Shown here piece by piece: positions 38,378 through 48,453 of a DNA stretch of 64,000 nt. The stretch's first letter is position 1. Each line of letters starts with the position of its first letter. The stretch comes from Myxococcales bacterium (lineage in GTDB: Bacteria > Myxococcota > B64-G9). The stretch is from the NCBI GenBank assembly GCA_012798435.1, contig JAAZNF010000028.1:94946-158945 (forward strand), read 5' to 3'. The position numbers were made by a program, and so were the translations under genes. The notes beneath the pieces were generated by a model. That model was given only the letters and a program-made list of their open reading frames with translations, ran no database searches and had not been told where the DNA came from.

Positions 38378-39415
38378 TCAGCAGATCCGCGGCAGCGGCT
38401 CGCCCTCGAAGACGTCGAGCAACCGCTCCCCGCCGATGCGGGTGCGGGCCACCACCTTGCCGGGATGCGCCGCCACCACCTCGCCGATGGAGGCCGCGCC
38501 GGCGCAGGCCGGCAGCGCCCGAAGCAGAGAGAGCGCCTCGTCGGCGCGCTCCGCGGGGAGCACCGCCACGAAACGCCCCTCGCAGGCCATCTGCAGCGGG
38601 TCCAGGCCCAGGATGTCGGCCGCTGCGCGGGTGGCTGGCGAGACGGGGACGCTGGCCTCGTCGATCCAAAAGCCCGTGCCCGACTGCTCGGCGAACTCGT
38701 TCAGCACCGCGGCCAGGCCGCCGCGGGTGGGATCGCGCAGCGCGTGCACCCCGGGGATGCGCTCGAGCAGCGCCATGACCTCGCCCGCCACCGGGGCGCA
38801 GTCGGAGCCAAGCTCGAGCCCGGCGTCGATACCGGCCCGCAGCGCCAGGATGGTGGTGCCGTGGTCGCCCACCGGGCCGCTGACCAGGACGTGGTCGCCG
38901 GGGCGAATCTGTCGCGGCCCGACGCTCACTCCCGGCAGCACCTGGCCCACCCCGGTGGTGGTGACGAACACCCGGTCGCCCTTCCCGCGCGGCACCACCT
39001 TGGTGTCGCCGGTGACGATGGAGACGCCGGCGCCGGCGCAGGCCTGGGCCATGCTGGCCACGATGCGCTCCAGCTCCGCGATGGTGAGCCCCTCCTCCAG
39101 CACGAAGGCCGCGGCCAGCGAAGACGGCCGCGCCCCGCACATGGCCACGTCGTTCACCGTGCCGCACACCGAGAGCTTGCCGATGTCCCCGCCGGGAAAG
39201 AACAGCGGATCCACCACGAAGGCGTCGGTGGAGATGGCCAGCGGCCCCGCGATCGGCACCACCGCCCCGTCGTGCAGCTCGTGCAGCGCCGGGCTGGGGA
39301 GGTATTTGAGGAACAGCGAGCGCACCAGTCGCGCGGTGGCCCGGCCGCCGCTGCCATGGGCCAACTCGACGCGGGCGTCGTGCACGACAAGATCGTTGTC
39401 CGGTTCTCTTTTCAT
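38378..39415 (-). CDS. hypE: Hydrogenase maturation carbamoyl dehydratase HypE
   Basis: AHGSGG, FFPGGDIG, GDTKVV, RDPTRGG, C-terminal PRIC. Confidence 0.97.
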   Translation of the reverse strand: MKREPDNDLVVHDARVELAHGSGGRATARLVRSLFLKYLPSPALHELHDGAVVPIAGPLAISTDAFVVDPLFFPGGDIGKLSVCGTVNDVAMCGARPSSLAAAFVLEEGLTIAELERIVASMAQACAGAGVSIVTGDTKVVPRGKGDRVFVTTTGVGQVLPGVSVGPRQIRPGDHVLVSGPVGDHGTTILALRAGIDAGLELGSDCAPVAGEVMALLERIPGVHALRDPTRGGLAAVLNEFAEQSGTGFWIDEASVPVSPATRAAADILGLDPLQMACEGRFVAVLPAERADEALSLLRALPACAGAASIGEVVAAHPGKVVARTRIGGERLLDVFEGEPLPRIC

Positions 39416-39494
39416 GGTTCGCCGACCCTACCACGCGGACCGGCGGCGTCCAAAATCCTTGATCGCCCACGCGCGCGGGCGGTATTCTCCGCCC

Positions 39495-40100
39495 ATGCGG
39501 GCACGCCTTACGGCATGGCTCATCGGGATGGCGTTGCTCCTGTCCATCCCGGCCACGGCCCAGACCGTGGTCGAGATCGATCTCCCCACCGCGGCCCGGC
39601 TCTTCTCCAGCCAGCGCTTCGGTGGCGGGATCCGCCTGCTGGCCGAGATCGCCAACAACTACCGCAAGCACACCAACGTGCGCATCCGCTCGCGCATGCG
39701 CCAGGACGAGCTGGGCACGCTGGCCCGGGCGCTGCGCTACGACTTCGACGGCAGTGGCACAGCCTACCTGCCCGAGGTCACGGTGTGGGCGGTCACCGGG
39801 GCCACCGGCACGCGGGTGCTGCTGCTCTCGTCGATCCTCGAGCCCGACGCGGTCCTCTTGTGCCAGGATCTCGACTTCCTGCGCGGGGCGGCGGCCTTCG
39901 AGCTTCTCCAGGCCGTGCGCGCGGGGCGCCTGGGTGCAGAGAGCGCACGCCAGCGCGCCGCGGCGCTGGGTATCGAGATGCAGATCAGCGAGTCCGAGCA
40001 GGGCGAGCTCAACATCTCGTTTTTCGGCCGCGGCGACGACATCCGCCCCATGACCGGAAAACTAGCGGTGTTCGAGCCCCCCGAGCTGGCCTGGGACTGA
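39495..40100 (+). CDS. Secreted hypothetical protein inserted between hypD and hypE
   Basis: MRARLTAWLIGMALLLSIPATA signal peptide; coding-like bias. Confidence 0.65.
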   Translation: MRARLTAWLIGMALLLSIPATAQTVVEIDLPTAARLFSSQRFGGGIRLLAEIANNYRKHTNVRIRSRMRQDELGTLARALRYDFDGSGTAYLPEVTVWAVTGATGTRVLLLSSILEPDAVLLCQDLDFLRGAAAFELLQAVRAGRLGAESARQRAAALGIEMQISESEQGELNISFFGRGDDIRPMTGKLAVFEPPELAWD

Positions 40101-40248
40101 TCTACTACCGCCGAGAATGTTGCCAGGGTGCGGTTGGTTTCGAGCCAGGTCGAAGCGCGCGAGCAGAGGCGGGCACGAACCGCCGGAGCGAGGCGAGGTA
40201 CGGGGAGGTGCGAGCGGCAGCGAGCCACCTTCCCGTGCTATAGGACGG

Positions 40249-41343
40249 CTAGCCGCCGTATCGGTAGTAGGCGGCGCAGGTGCCCTCGTTCGAGACCATG
40301 CACGGGCCGACCGGACGGGCGGGGCGGCAGGCGTCGCCGAACAGCGGGCAGGCGGTGGGCCTCACCGCGCCCACCAGCACCTGCCCGCACAGACACCCCG
40401 CGGGCTCCGAACTCTCGGGGACGGACACGGCCAAGACCCGGCCGGCATCCTGGGCGGCGAACTCGGGCCGGAGCGAAAGGCCGCTTTGCGGGATTTCCCC
40501 CAGCCCGCGCCAGCGGCTGTCCGTCGCCACGAAGACCTCTTCCATGATCTCGCGGGCCCGCGCGTTCCCCGGCCCGCTCACCGCCACGCGGTACTCGATC
40601 TCCACCTCGGCGCGACCGGTCCTGAGCTGGCGCAGCAACATCAGGATCGAGAGCAGCACGTCGGCCGGCTCGAACCCGGCCACCACGCACGGGACGCGCC
40701 GTTCTTCCGCCAGCGGGCGGTAGGCGTCGGCCCCGATGATGGCGCTGACGTGCCCGGGGAGCAGGAGCCCTTGAACCGCGAAGTCGGGCCGGGCGAACAG
40801 GGCCGCGAGCGCCGGCGGCACCAGCTTGTGCGCCGAGAACAGGTAGAAGTTGGGGACGTCGCGCGCCGCGAGCAGCGCCGCGGCGGCGGTGGGCGCGGTG
40901 GTCTCGAAGCCCACCGCCAGGAACACCACCCTCCGGTCGGGCCGCTCGCGGGCGAGCCGGACCGCGTCCAGCGGCGAGTACACCACGCGCACCTCGGCGC
41001 CCCGGGCGCGCGCCTGGGCCAGCGAGGAGACCGTCCCCGGCACCCGCAGCATGTCGCCGAAGCTGGCCACGGTCACGTCCGGCAATTCGGCGATGGCGAT
41101 GGCTCGATCCAGCGTCTCGTTGGGGGTCACGCATACCGGACAGCCGGGGCCGGACACCAACTCCACCGAGGGGGGCAGGAGCCTGGGGATGCCCGCGCGG
41201 CGGATGGCCACGGTGTGGGTCCCGCACACCTCCATGAAGCGGACCGGCGGCAACTCCCGCGCCTCCCGCCGGATGGCGTCGAGCAAGCGGGTGGCGAGGG
41301 CGGGATCGTCGAGCGCCGCGCGCAGCTTTTGCCCCGCGTTCAT
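40249..41343 (-). CDS. hypD: Hydrogenase maturation protein HypD
   Basis: MEVCGTH, GPGCPVC, GFETT, PGHVS, GPCMVSNEGTCAA. Confidence 0.97.
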   Translation of the reverse strand: MNAGQKLRAALDDPALATRLLDAIRREARELPPVRFMEVCGTHTVAIRRAGIPRLLPPSVELVSGPGCPVCVTPNETLDRAIAIAELPDVTVASFGDMLRVPGTVSSLAQARARGAEVRVVYSPLDAVRLARERPDRRVVFLAVGFETTAPTAAAALLAARDVPNFYLFSAHKLVPPALAALFARPDFAVQGLLLPGHVSAIIGADAYRPLAEERRVPCVVAGFEPADVLLSILMLLRQLRTGRAEVEIEYRVAVSGPGNARAREIMEEVFVATDSRWRGLGEIPQSGLSLRPEFAAQDAGRVLAVSVPESSEPAGCLCGQVLVGAVRPTACPLFGDACRPARPVGPCMVSNEGTCAAYYRYGG

Positions 41344-41570
41344 CCGCCGTCCTCTCCGGCGGCCGCGATCTGGCGGATGAGGTCCAGGGTGGAGCGGGCC
41401 TCCTCCTCGTCCAGGCGCTGGATGGCGAACCCGGCGTGGATGAGCACGAAGTCGCCCACCGCCGCCTCCGGCAGCATGGCGAAGCTCACCTCGCGCCTCA
41501 CCCCCGCCTGCTCCACCGCGCCCATCTCACCCTGGCGCGAGAGCACCTTCATGGGGACCGCCAGGCACAT
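41340..41570 (-). CDS. hypC: Hydrogenase maturation chaperone HypC
   Basis: MCLAVP...VGDFVLIHAGFAI. Confidence 0.96.
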   Translation of the reverse strand: MCLAVPMKVLSRQGEMGAVEQAGVRREVSFAMLPEAAVGDFVLIHAGFAIQRLDEEEARSTLDLIRQIAAAGEDGG

Positions 41571-41572
41571 GC

Positions 41573-43843
41573 TCACCTCTCCTTCCGGGCCGCGGCCACC
41601 GCCGCCTGGCCCAGGCACAGGCCGCCGTCGTTGGCCGGCACCCGCCGGTGGACGATCACCGAAAACTCCTCTTGTTGCAACTCGCCCTCCAGCCGGGATT
41701 GCAAGCGCCGGTTCATGAAGCACCCGCCCGAGAGCGCCACCCGCGCCGGGCCGCCCCGCCGGCGGATCTCCCGGCAACAGGCCACCAGCCCACGCGAGAG
41801 CGACTCATGGAACCGCGCCGAGAGCGCAGGGACGGGGACGCCGCGCGCGCGCTCGCAGAGCAGACCATCGAGGAGCGGGCGCCAGTCGAGATCGAGTAGC
41901 GAACCGTTCTCGCGAAGCGGCATCTCCCAGGGGGGACCTTCATCGGCGCCGGCCGCCGCCTCCAGCTCGGCCGCGGCCTGGCCGTCGTATTCCGCGCGCG
42001 GGCAGATCCCCAGCAGCGCCGAGACGCCGTCGAAGAGCCTACCGGCGCTGGAACACACCGGGGTGTTCACGCCGCGCGCGGCGGCGGTGAGCACGCCCTG
42101 GAACAATCGCTCCTCGACGTCGAAGAGCGCGCGGGCGGCCCGCGCCCGGTCCGGGCCGCCGGCGGCGAGCAGCAACCCTACCGCGGTCCGCCACGGCTCG
42201 CGCACCGCCGCGTCTCCGCCAGGAAGCCCGAAGGGAAGCAGCCGCGCCGCCCGCCGGTAGCGCGCCGCCGAACCCACCAGCACCTCGCCGCCCCAGATGG
42301 TCCCGTCGTCGCCCAGCCCGGTCCCGTCGAGGCACAGGCCGATGGCGTCGCCCTCCACGCCGGCGTCCGCCAGCGCCGCGGCCAGGTGGGCGTGATGGTG
42401 CTGCACCTGGAGAAGCGGCAGCCCCAGCTCTTGCGCCAGCCGGGTGGAGCCGTAGTCCGGATGGAGGTCGCAGGCCACCCGGCGGGGCGTGATGCCGGTG
42501 ATGCGCGAAAGCTGCGAAAGCGAGCGCCGGAAGTGCTCGAAGGTCACCGGGTTGTCGAGGTCGCCGATGTGTTGCGAGAGGTACGCCTGACCGTCGCGCG
42601 TAAGACAGAAGGTGTTCTTCATCTGGGCCCCGACCGCCAGCAGTCCGTCGGGCGCGCCTGGCAAGGGCACGGGCTCCGGGGCGTACCCCCGCGAGCGGCG
42701 CACCAGCGCCGGCCCGCCCGCCGCGAGGAAGGACACCGAGTCGTCGCAGGCCACCCGGATCTCCCGGTCGTGGAGCAGAAAGGCGTCGCACAGGTTTGCA
42801 AGCCGATCGAGGGCCTCGCGGTTGTCGCAGGCGATGGGCTCCTCGGAGAGGTTCCCCGAGGTCATGACCAGCGCCGGAAACTCGCGGCACAGCAGGTGGT
42901 GCAGCGGGGTGTAGGGCAGCATGATCCCCAGGCGGCCCAGGCCGGGGGCCAGAAGCGGCGCGAGCGGCGAGCCCGGTAGCGCCTCCAGCAGCACGATGGG
43001 CCGCGCCGCCGACTCGAGCAGTGCGGCCTCCGGGGCGCTGACGCGGGCGACGCGGCGGGCGTCGTCGAGCCCGGCCACCATGAGCGCCAGCGGCTTTCGC
43101 CCCCGCCGTTTTCGCCTGCGCAGCTCGGCCACCGCCTCTTCCCGGCCGGCGTCCACCGAAAGGTGGAACCCGCCCAGCCCCTTCAATGCCAGGATGCGCC
43201 CCTCCCGCAGCAGCGCGATGCTCCCGGCCAACGGATCTCCCGCCAGCGGATTCCCCCGAGCGTCGCACCAGGACAGGCGCGGCCCGCATTCGGCGCAGGC
43301 CACCGGCTCGGCGTGGAAGCGCCGATCGCCGGGATCCTGGTACTCGGCGCGGCAACTCTGGCACAGCGGGAAGGCCTTCATCGAGGTGCGCGCCCGGTCA
43401 TACGGCAGCGACTCGATGATGGTGTAGCGCGGCCCGCAGCGGGTGCAGTTGATGAAGGGGTAGCGGTGGCGCCGGTCCTCAGGGTCGAACATCTCGCGCA
43501 GGCAGTCCGGGCAGGTGGCCAGGTCCGCCGGGATGCGCGCGCGGCCGTCGCTCGGCGTGCTCTCCGACTCCAGGATGCGAAAGCCCGCGGGCAGCGAGGC
43601 GGGGATGGGTTCGGCCTCGATCGAATCGACGTGCGCCAACCCCGGCACGACGTCGGACAGCCGCGCGCGAAAGGCAGCGAGCTTGTCTGCCGGGCCCTGG
43701 ACCTCGATCACCACCGCGCGGCCGGTGTTGCGCACGCTCCCCGAAAGCCCCAGGTCCGCCGCCAGCCGGTACACCGCGGGGCGGAAGCCCACCCCCTGCA
43801 CCCGCCCGGTGACGGAGAGCCGGATGGCCGCATCGCCGCTCAT
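41573..43843 (-). CDS. hypF: Carbamoyltransferase HypF
   Basis: GRVQGVGFRP acylphosphatase domain, zinc fingers, KGLGGFHL, QHHHAH, PANDGG. Confidence 0.97.
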   Translation of the reverse strand: MSGDAAIRLSVTGRVQGVGFRPAVYRLAADLGLSGSVRNTGRAVVIEVQGPADKLAAFRARLSDVVPGLAHVDSIEAEPIPASLPAGFRILESESTPSDGRARIPADLATCPDCLREMFDPEDRRHRYPFINCTRCGPRYTIIESLPYDRARTSMKAFPLCQSCRAEYQDPGDRRFHAEPVACAECGPRLSWCDARGNPLAGDPLAGSIALLREGRILALKGLGGFHLSVDAGREEAVAELRRRKRRGRKPLALMVAGLDDARRVARVSAPEAALLESAARPIVLLEALPGSPLAPLLAPGLGRLGIMLPYTPLHHLLCREFPALVMTSGNLSEEPIACDNREALDRLANLCDAFLLHDREIRVACDDSVSFLAAGGPALVRRSRGYAPEPVPLPGAPDGLLAVGAQMKNTFCLTRDGQAYLSQHIGDLDNPVTFEHFRRSLSQLSRITGITPRRVACDLHPDYGSTRLAQELGLPLLQVQHHHAHLAAALADAGVEGDAIGLCLDGTGLGDDGTIWGGEVLVGSAARYRRAARLLPFGLPGGDAAVREPWRTAVGLLLAAGGPDRARAARALFDVEERLFQGVLTAAARGVNTPVCSSAGRLFDGVSALLGICPRAEYDGQAAAELEAAAGADEGPPWEMPLRENGSLLDLDWRPLLDGLLCERARGVPVPALSARFHESLSRGLVACCREIRRRGGPARVALSGGCFMNRRLQSRLEGELQQEEFSVIVHRRVPANDGGLCLGQAAVAAARKER

Positions 43844-44532
43844 GCGCGCGTTCGCTTCCTCCCGCGGCCGGTGCCCTTGCGGCGCCGCTCGAGCTGGGAT
43901 TCGAGCCAGGCGTAGAAGGCCGGCAGGCCCTGGCCGGTGCGGCAGGAGACGTCGAGGATGCGCAGGCCGGGGTGGACCCGGCGCGCCGCCCGGTGGATGG
44001 CCGCGAGCTTGACGTCCAGGTGGGGCAAGAGGTCGATCTTGTTGACGAGCAAGAGCGAAGATTCGCGGAACATGAGCGGGTACTTGGCCGGCTTGTCCTC
44101 GCCCTCGGTCACCGCGGAGAGCACCACCTTGTGATCCTCGCCCACCACGAACTCCGCCGGGCACACCAGGTTGCCGACGTTCTCGATCACCAGCACGTCC
44201 AGCCGCCCCAGCGGAGCGCCGGCCAGCGCCGGGGCGATCATGCCCGCGTCCAGGTGACAGGCGCCGCGGGTGTTGATCTGGTGCACCCAGGCCGCCCCGG
44301 CGCGCTCCACCCGGCGCGCGTCCAGGGTGGTCTGGATGTCGCCCTCGATGACGCCGATGCGAAGCCGGCCGCGCAGATCGCGCAGGGTGCGCTCCAGCAG
44401 GGCGGTCTTCCCCGCCCCCGGCGAGCTCATCAGGTTGAGCACCAGTAGCCGGTGGCGTTCGAACAGGGCGCGGTTCTGCGCCGCCACCTGGTGGTTGGCG
44501 TCCAGGATGTCCTTGAGCACGGTGACCTTCAT
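43840..44532 (-). CDS. hypB: Hydrogenase nickel-insertion GTPase HypB
   Basis: SSPGAGKT, GACHLDA, ENVGNLVCP, NKID. Confidence 0.97.
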   Translation of the reverse strand: MKVTVLKDILDANHQVAAQNRALFERHRLLVLNLMSSPGAGKTALLERTLRDLRGRLRIGVIEGDIQTTLDARRVERAGAAWVHQINTRGACHLDAGMIAPALAGAPLGRLDVLVIENVGNLVCPAEFVVGEDHKVVLSAVTEGEDKPAKYPLMFRESSLLLVNKIDLLPHLDVKLAAIHRAARRVHPGLRILDVSCRTGQGLPAFYAWLESQLERRRKGTGRGRKRTRA

Positions 44533-44885
44533 GGCGAGTCTCCCTTGTCTCCGGTGACTTGCACCAGGTCGAGCTCCTTGCCCGACACGATCTCGGAAAG
44601 CGCCTTGCCGCAGCGGGGGCAGAAGAAGGCGAATTGCTCCACCCGCACGATGCGCCGGCAGGTGCGGCAGCGGGCCTTGAGCGGGACGCTCTCGATCTCG
44701 AGCGTCGCCCCTTCGGCGAGCGTGCCGCGGCTCATCACCGTAAAAGCCTCCTGCATGAGCTCCGGCACCACGGCGCGCATCTCGCCCGCGCGCACGGAAA
44801 GCCCGGTGACCCGCACCAGGCGGTTCTCCTCGGCGGTGCGCTGGACGATCGCCAGCAGCTCCTCGATGATGGACGTCTCGTGCAC
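44529..44885 (-). CDS. hypA: Hydrogenase nickel chaperone HypA
   Basis: (M)HETSI N-terminus from a GTG start; CRTC...CPRC; GKEL. Confidence 0.93.
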   Translation of the reverse strand: MHETSIIEELLAIVQRTAEENRLVRVTGLSVRAGEMRAVVPELMQEAFTVMSRGTLAEGATLEIESVPLKARCRTCRRIVRVEQFAFFCPRCGKALSEIVSGKELDLVQVTGDKGDSP

Positions 44886-45027
44886 GCGGCCTCCCGGCAG
44901 GCGCCGGCGCGGAAATCTACCCTCCAAGGCACCGCGTGTAAAGCGTGCCGATTGACAAAACCGCTCGTCCCTGTCATCGGTAGTCTGGGCCGACCGGGCG
45001 TTCCGGCGGCCACACCGCGAGGTATGC

Positions 45028-45888
45028 ATGGGCACCGACCGCTTGCAGCTATGCGACCTTCCCAAGCTCAAGGAAAAAAAGCAGCCCATCGTCATGGTGA
45101 CGGCCTACGACTACCCCACCGGGCGCCTGGCCGACGAGGCGGGCGTGGATTGCGTGCTGGTGGGCGACAGCCTGTCGAACGTGGTGCTGGGCTACCCGGA
45201 CACCGTGCCGGTCACCATGGACGAGATGCTGCACCACGTGAAGGCCGTGACCCGCGCGGTGCGCCGGGCGGTGGTGATCGCCGACATGCCGTTCCTCTCC
45301 TTCCAGGTCTCGCCCGAGCGCGCCATCGACAACGCCGGGCGCTTCCTCAAGGAAGGCCTGGCCCAGGCGGTCAAGGTCGAGGGCGGCGGGACGCTGGTGC
45401 CGACGGTGGCGGCCATGGTCCGCGCCGGCATCCCCACCGTGGGGCACCTGGGGCTCACCCCGCAGACCGCCGCGCTGCTGGGTGGCTATCACGTCCAGGG
45501 AAAGACCGGCCGGGCCGCGCACGCCATCCTGGAGGACGCCTGGCGTCTTCAGGAGGCGGGGATCTCGCTCCTGGTCCTGGAGTGCGTGCCCGACCGGCTG
45601 GCCGGACGCATCGCCTCGGAGCTTTCGGTGCCGGTGATCGGCATCGGGGCCGGGACCGGCTGCGACGGCCAGGTGCTGGTGTTCCACGATCTCCTGGGCA
45701 TCACCTTCGGGTTCGCCCCGCGTTTTCTCAAGACCTTCGCCGAGGCCGGTCGCGTCATGCGCGAGGGACTGGCGGCCTACGCCCGCGAGGTGCGGGAGCG
45801 CACCTTCCCGGCGCCTGAGCACGCCTTCCCCATCTCGGACGAGGAGTGGGCGCGCTTCGAGCGCGAACCCGGCAGGGACCGGCCATGA
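45028..45888 (+). CDS. panB: 3-methyl-2-oxobutanoate hydroxymethyltransferase
   Basis: TAYD, LVGDS, DMPF, VKVEGG, GHLGLTPQ, GIGAG..CDGQVLV. Confidence 0.97.
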   Translation: MGTDRLQLCDLPKLKEKKQPIVMVTAYDYPTGRLADEAGVDCVLVGDSLSNVVLGYPDTVPVTMDEMLHHVKAVTRAVRRAVVIADMPFLSFQVSPERAIDNAGRFLKEGLAQAVKVEGGGTLVPTVAAMVRAGIPTVGHLGLTPQTAALLGGYHVQGKTGRAAHAILEDAWRLQEAGISLLVLECVPDRLAGRIASELSVPVIGIGAGTGCDGQVLVFHDLLGITFGFAPRFLKTFAEAGRVMREGLAAYAREVRERTFPAPEHAFPISDEEWARFEREPGRDRP

Positions 45889-46778
45889 GCGCCCGCATCC
45901 TGTCAGGGACGGAGATCGCCGCGCAGGTCCGCGCGGAACTTTCCGGCCGGGCGGAGGCCCTGGCCACCACCCTGGGCCGGCCGCCGGGGCTGGCGGTGGT
46001 GCTGGTGGGCGACAACCCCGCCTCGCGCTCGTACGTCACCGGCAAGCGCAAGGCATGCAATGAGATCGGGGTGCGCACCTTCGATTTCGACCTCCCCGCC
46101 GCGACCAGCATGGACGAGCTCCGCTCGCTCCTCGAACGCCTCAATTCGGACGGCGCGGTGGACGGCATCCTGGTCCAGCTTCCGCTGCCCGCCCACCTCG
46201 ACGAGCGGGCGGCCATCGAGCATATCCGGCCGGAGAAGGACGTGGACGGCATCCACCCCGAGAACGCCGGCCGGCTGCTGCGCGGCGAGGACGGCTTCGT
46301 GCCATGCACCCCGCTCGGCGTGGTCGAGTTGCTCCGGCGGAGCCACATCTCCACCCGCGGCGCGCACGTGGTCATCGTGGGCAGGGGCCAGCTGGTGGGC
46401 CGGCCGTTGTCGTGCCTTATGCTGCGAAAGGGCGAGGGCGGCGACGCCACGGTCACGGTGTGCCACTCGGCCACACCGGACCTGGCGCGTTTCACCCGAG
46501 ACGCCGACATCCTGGTGGCGGCGGCGGGCCGGCCCCGCGTGGTCACCGCCCACATGGTTCGGGAAGGTGCCGTGGTGATCGACGTGGGCGTGAACCGCGT
46601 CGGCACCACCGCTTCCGGCAAGGCCAGGCTGTGCGGCGACGTGGACTTTGCGCCCGTGGCCGAGAAGGCCGCCGCCATCACCCCGGTCCCCGGCGGGGTC
46701 GGCCCCATGACCATCGCCATGCTGCTCTCGAACACTTTGCGCGCCGCGGAGCGCGCCCGTTCCAGTACACCGACCTGA
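45885..46778 (+). CDS. folD: Methylenetetrahydrofolate dehydrogenase/cyclohydrolase
   Basis: GILVQLPLP, EKDVDG, PCTP, TPVPGGVGPMT. Confidence 0.97.
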   Translation: MSARILSGTEIAAQVRAELSGRAEALATTLGRPPGLAVVLVGDNPASRSYVTGKRKACNEIGVRTFDFDLPAATSMDELRSLLERLNSDGAVDGILVQLPLPAHLDERAAIEHIRPEKDVDGIHPENAGRLLRGEDGFVPCTPLGVVELLRRSHISTRGAHVVIVGRGQLVGRPLSCLMLRKGEGGDATVTVCHSATPDLARFTRDADILVAAAGRPRVVTAHMVREGAVVIDVGVNRVGTTASGKARLCGDVDFAPVAEKAAAITPVPGGVGPMTIAMLLSNTLRAAERARSSTPT

Positions 46779-46788
46779 CGGGAACCTC

Positions 46789-48450
46789 ATGGCATCCTCG
46801 ATACGGCCAGCGCGGGCCATCCGCCTCGTTCTGTTGCTGGAAGCCGTGCTGGGCGTGGTGGTCCTCTCCTGGTCGCTGCTCGACCAAGAGCGCACCGAGC
46901 GGGATCTGGACCGGTTGCAGCGGACCCACGTCGACCTCACGGTGAAGCTGATCGCGGACGGCCTGGGCCACGCCACGGCCTCCATGGACGCGATCTTCGA
47001 ATTCGCCGAGGAGGAGCTGGCCATCCGGCTGCAGTGGCTGGCGAACCTCGCCATGCAGGATATCGGTGATTCCGACCTGGCGGCGCTGGGTCTTCAGCTC
47101 TACCTGCGCGAGATGCCAGACACGGAGCCGGAGGCCGTCCTGGCTCCGCAGCTTCGGGAGCGGCAGCCTGTCGTGCTCGAGCGACTGCGGCGGCTTCCCC
47201 GCGAAGAACCGCTCAGCGAGTCGCTGCTCGCCGAGGAGAACTTGCTGTGCGCCTCGGCGCCGCTTCCCACGGGCCGCGCCGTCGCCTGCCGGTCGGCCGA
47301 AATCTTCCGCCGCATCCAGCAAGAGGCCAGTTTGGGCCACTGGATGCGCGAGGTGGCCGCATCTCCGGTGCGCTACGTCCAGGTCCAGGACGCAGAAGGC
47401 ATCCTGGCGGCCGCGGGAGAGCTCGGCGCTCAGCCCGCCTGGGAGGACGATCCGCTGCTTTCGGACACCCTGCGCTCGGGCGCGCCTTTCTACCGCGCGC
47501 TATCGCTGCCGGATGGCGAGCTTTTCGAGGGATTGAGCGCGATGGAGCTTCCCGATGGCAGCCAGGCCGTGCTGCGGGTCGGGCTCGATGCCAACCCGGT
47601 GGCCGGCATGCGCCACAGCGTGCGCCGCCGTCACCTGTCCCTGCTGGCAGCGGTGTTCGTCCTGCTGATGGGCACGCTGGTTGCCGGGTGGCGGCTCTCC
47701 GCCCGTGACCGGCGCCTGCAGGCGTTGGAAGAGGCCGCCGCCGAGCGCGAGCGCGAACGCCAGCGCTGGCAGTCGCTGGGCCAGATGGCCGCCGGCGTGG
47801 CCCACGAGGTGCGAAACCCGCTGAACACCGCGCGCATGGCCGCGCAGCGCATCGAGCGGGAGTTCACGGTCCCCGACGGCGAGCGCGAGGAGTTCCGCGA
47901 GCTGTGCCGGGTGCTGCTCGCCGAGTGCGACCGCATCGGCCGGGTGATCGAGGAGTTCCTGGATCTCAGCCGGCCGCTCTCGCTGAACCCAGCGCCGGTG
48001 CGAGCGGAGGACTTCGAACCGGCGCTCTTCGCCGGCGCCCGGCTGCGCGCCGCCGAGGAGAAGAAGACGCTCCTCATCCAGACCGGCGACCTCCGGCCGG
48101 GGCGCTTCGATCTGCCGCGGTTGCGCCAGATCGCCGACAACCTCATCGGCAACGCGCTGGACGCCACGCCACCCGGCAAGGCGGTGCGGGTCGCGCTGCG
48201 CTCCGAGGGCGAGCGGCTCTGGCTCTCCGTGGAGGACGAGGGCCCGGGGATGGGGCCGGAGCTGCTCGAGCGCATCCGCCAGCCCTTCACCTCCACCAAG
48301 GCCCGCGGGCTGGGCATGGGGCTGTTCGTGTGCCGCCGGCTGGCCGAGGCGCACGGCGGCGACCTCTCCATCGAGAGCCAGCCGGGCCAGGGCACACGCA
48401 TCGAGGTTCGGGTCACCTCGCTGCCGGCCCCGGACGAGGCCAAGGAGTGA
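46789..48450 (+). CDS. Sensor histidine kinase (two TM segments, large periplasmic domain)
   Basis: AHEVRNPL H-box, NLIGNA, DEGPG, GLGMGL. Confidence 0.93.
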   Translation: MASSIRPARAIRLVLLLEAVLGVVVLSWSLLDQERTERDLDRLQRTHVDLTVKLIADGLGHATASMDAIFEFAEEELAIRLQWLANLAMQDIGDSDLAALGLQLYLREMPDTEPEAVLAPQLRERQPVVLERLRRLPREEPLSESLLAEENLLCASAPLPTGRAVACRSAEIFRRIQQEASLGHWMREVAASPVRYVQVQDAEGILAAAGELGAQPAWEDDPLLSDTLRSGAPFYRALSLPDGELFEGLSAMELPDGSQAVLRVGLDANPVAGMRHSVRRRHLSLLAAVFVLLMGTLVAGWRLSARDRRLQALEEAAAERERERQRWQSLGQMAAGVAHEVRNPLNTARMAAQRIEREFTVPDGEREEFRELCRVLLAECDRIGRVIEEFLDLSRPLSLNPAPVRAEDFEPALFAGARLRAAEEKKTLLIQTGDLRPGRFDLPRLRQIADNLIGNALDATPPGKAVRVALRSEGERLWLSVEDEGPGMGPELLERIRQPFTSTKARGLGMGLFVCRRLAEAHGGDLSIESQPGQGTRIEVRVTSLPAPDEAKE

Positions 48451-48453
48451 TGC

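Noticed and set aside
44952-44986. TTGACA...TAGTCT promoter for panB
   Set aside because: The 23-nt spacing is too long for sigma70.
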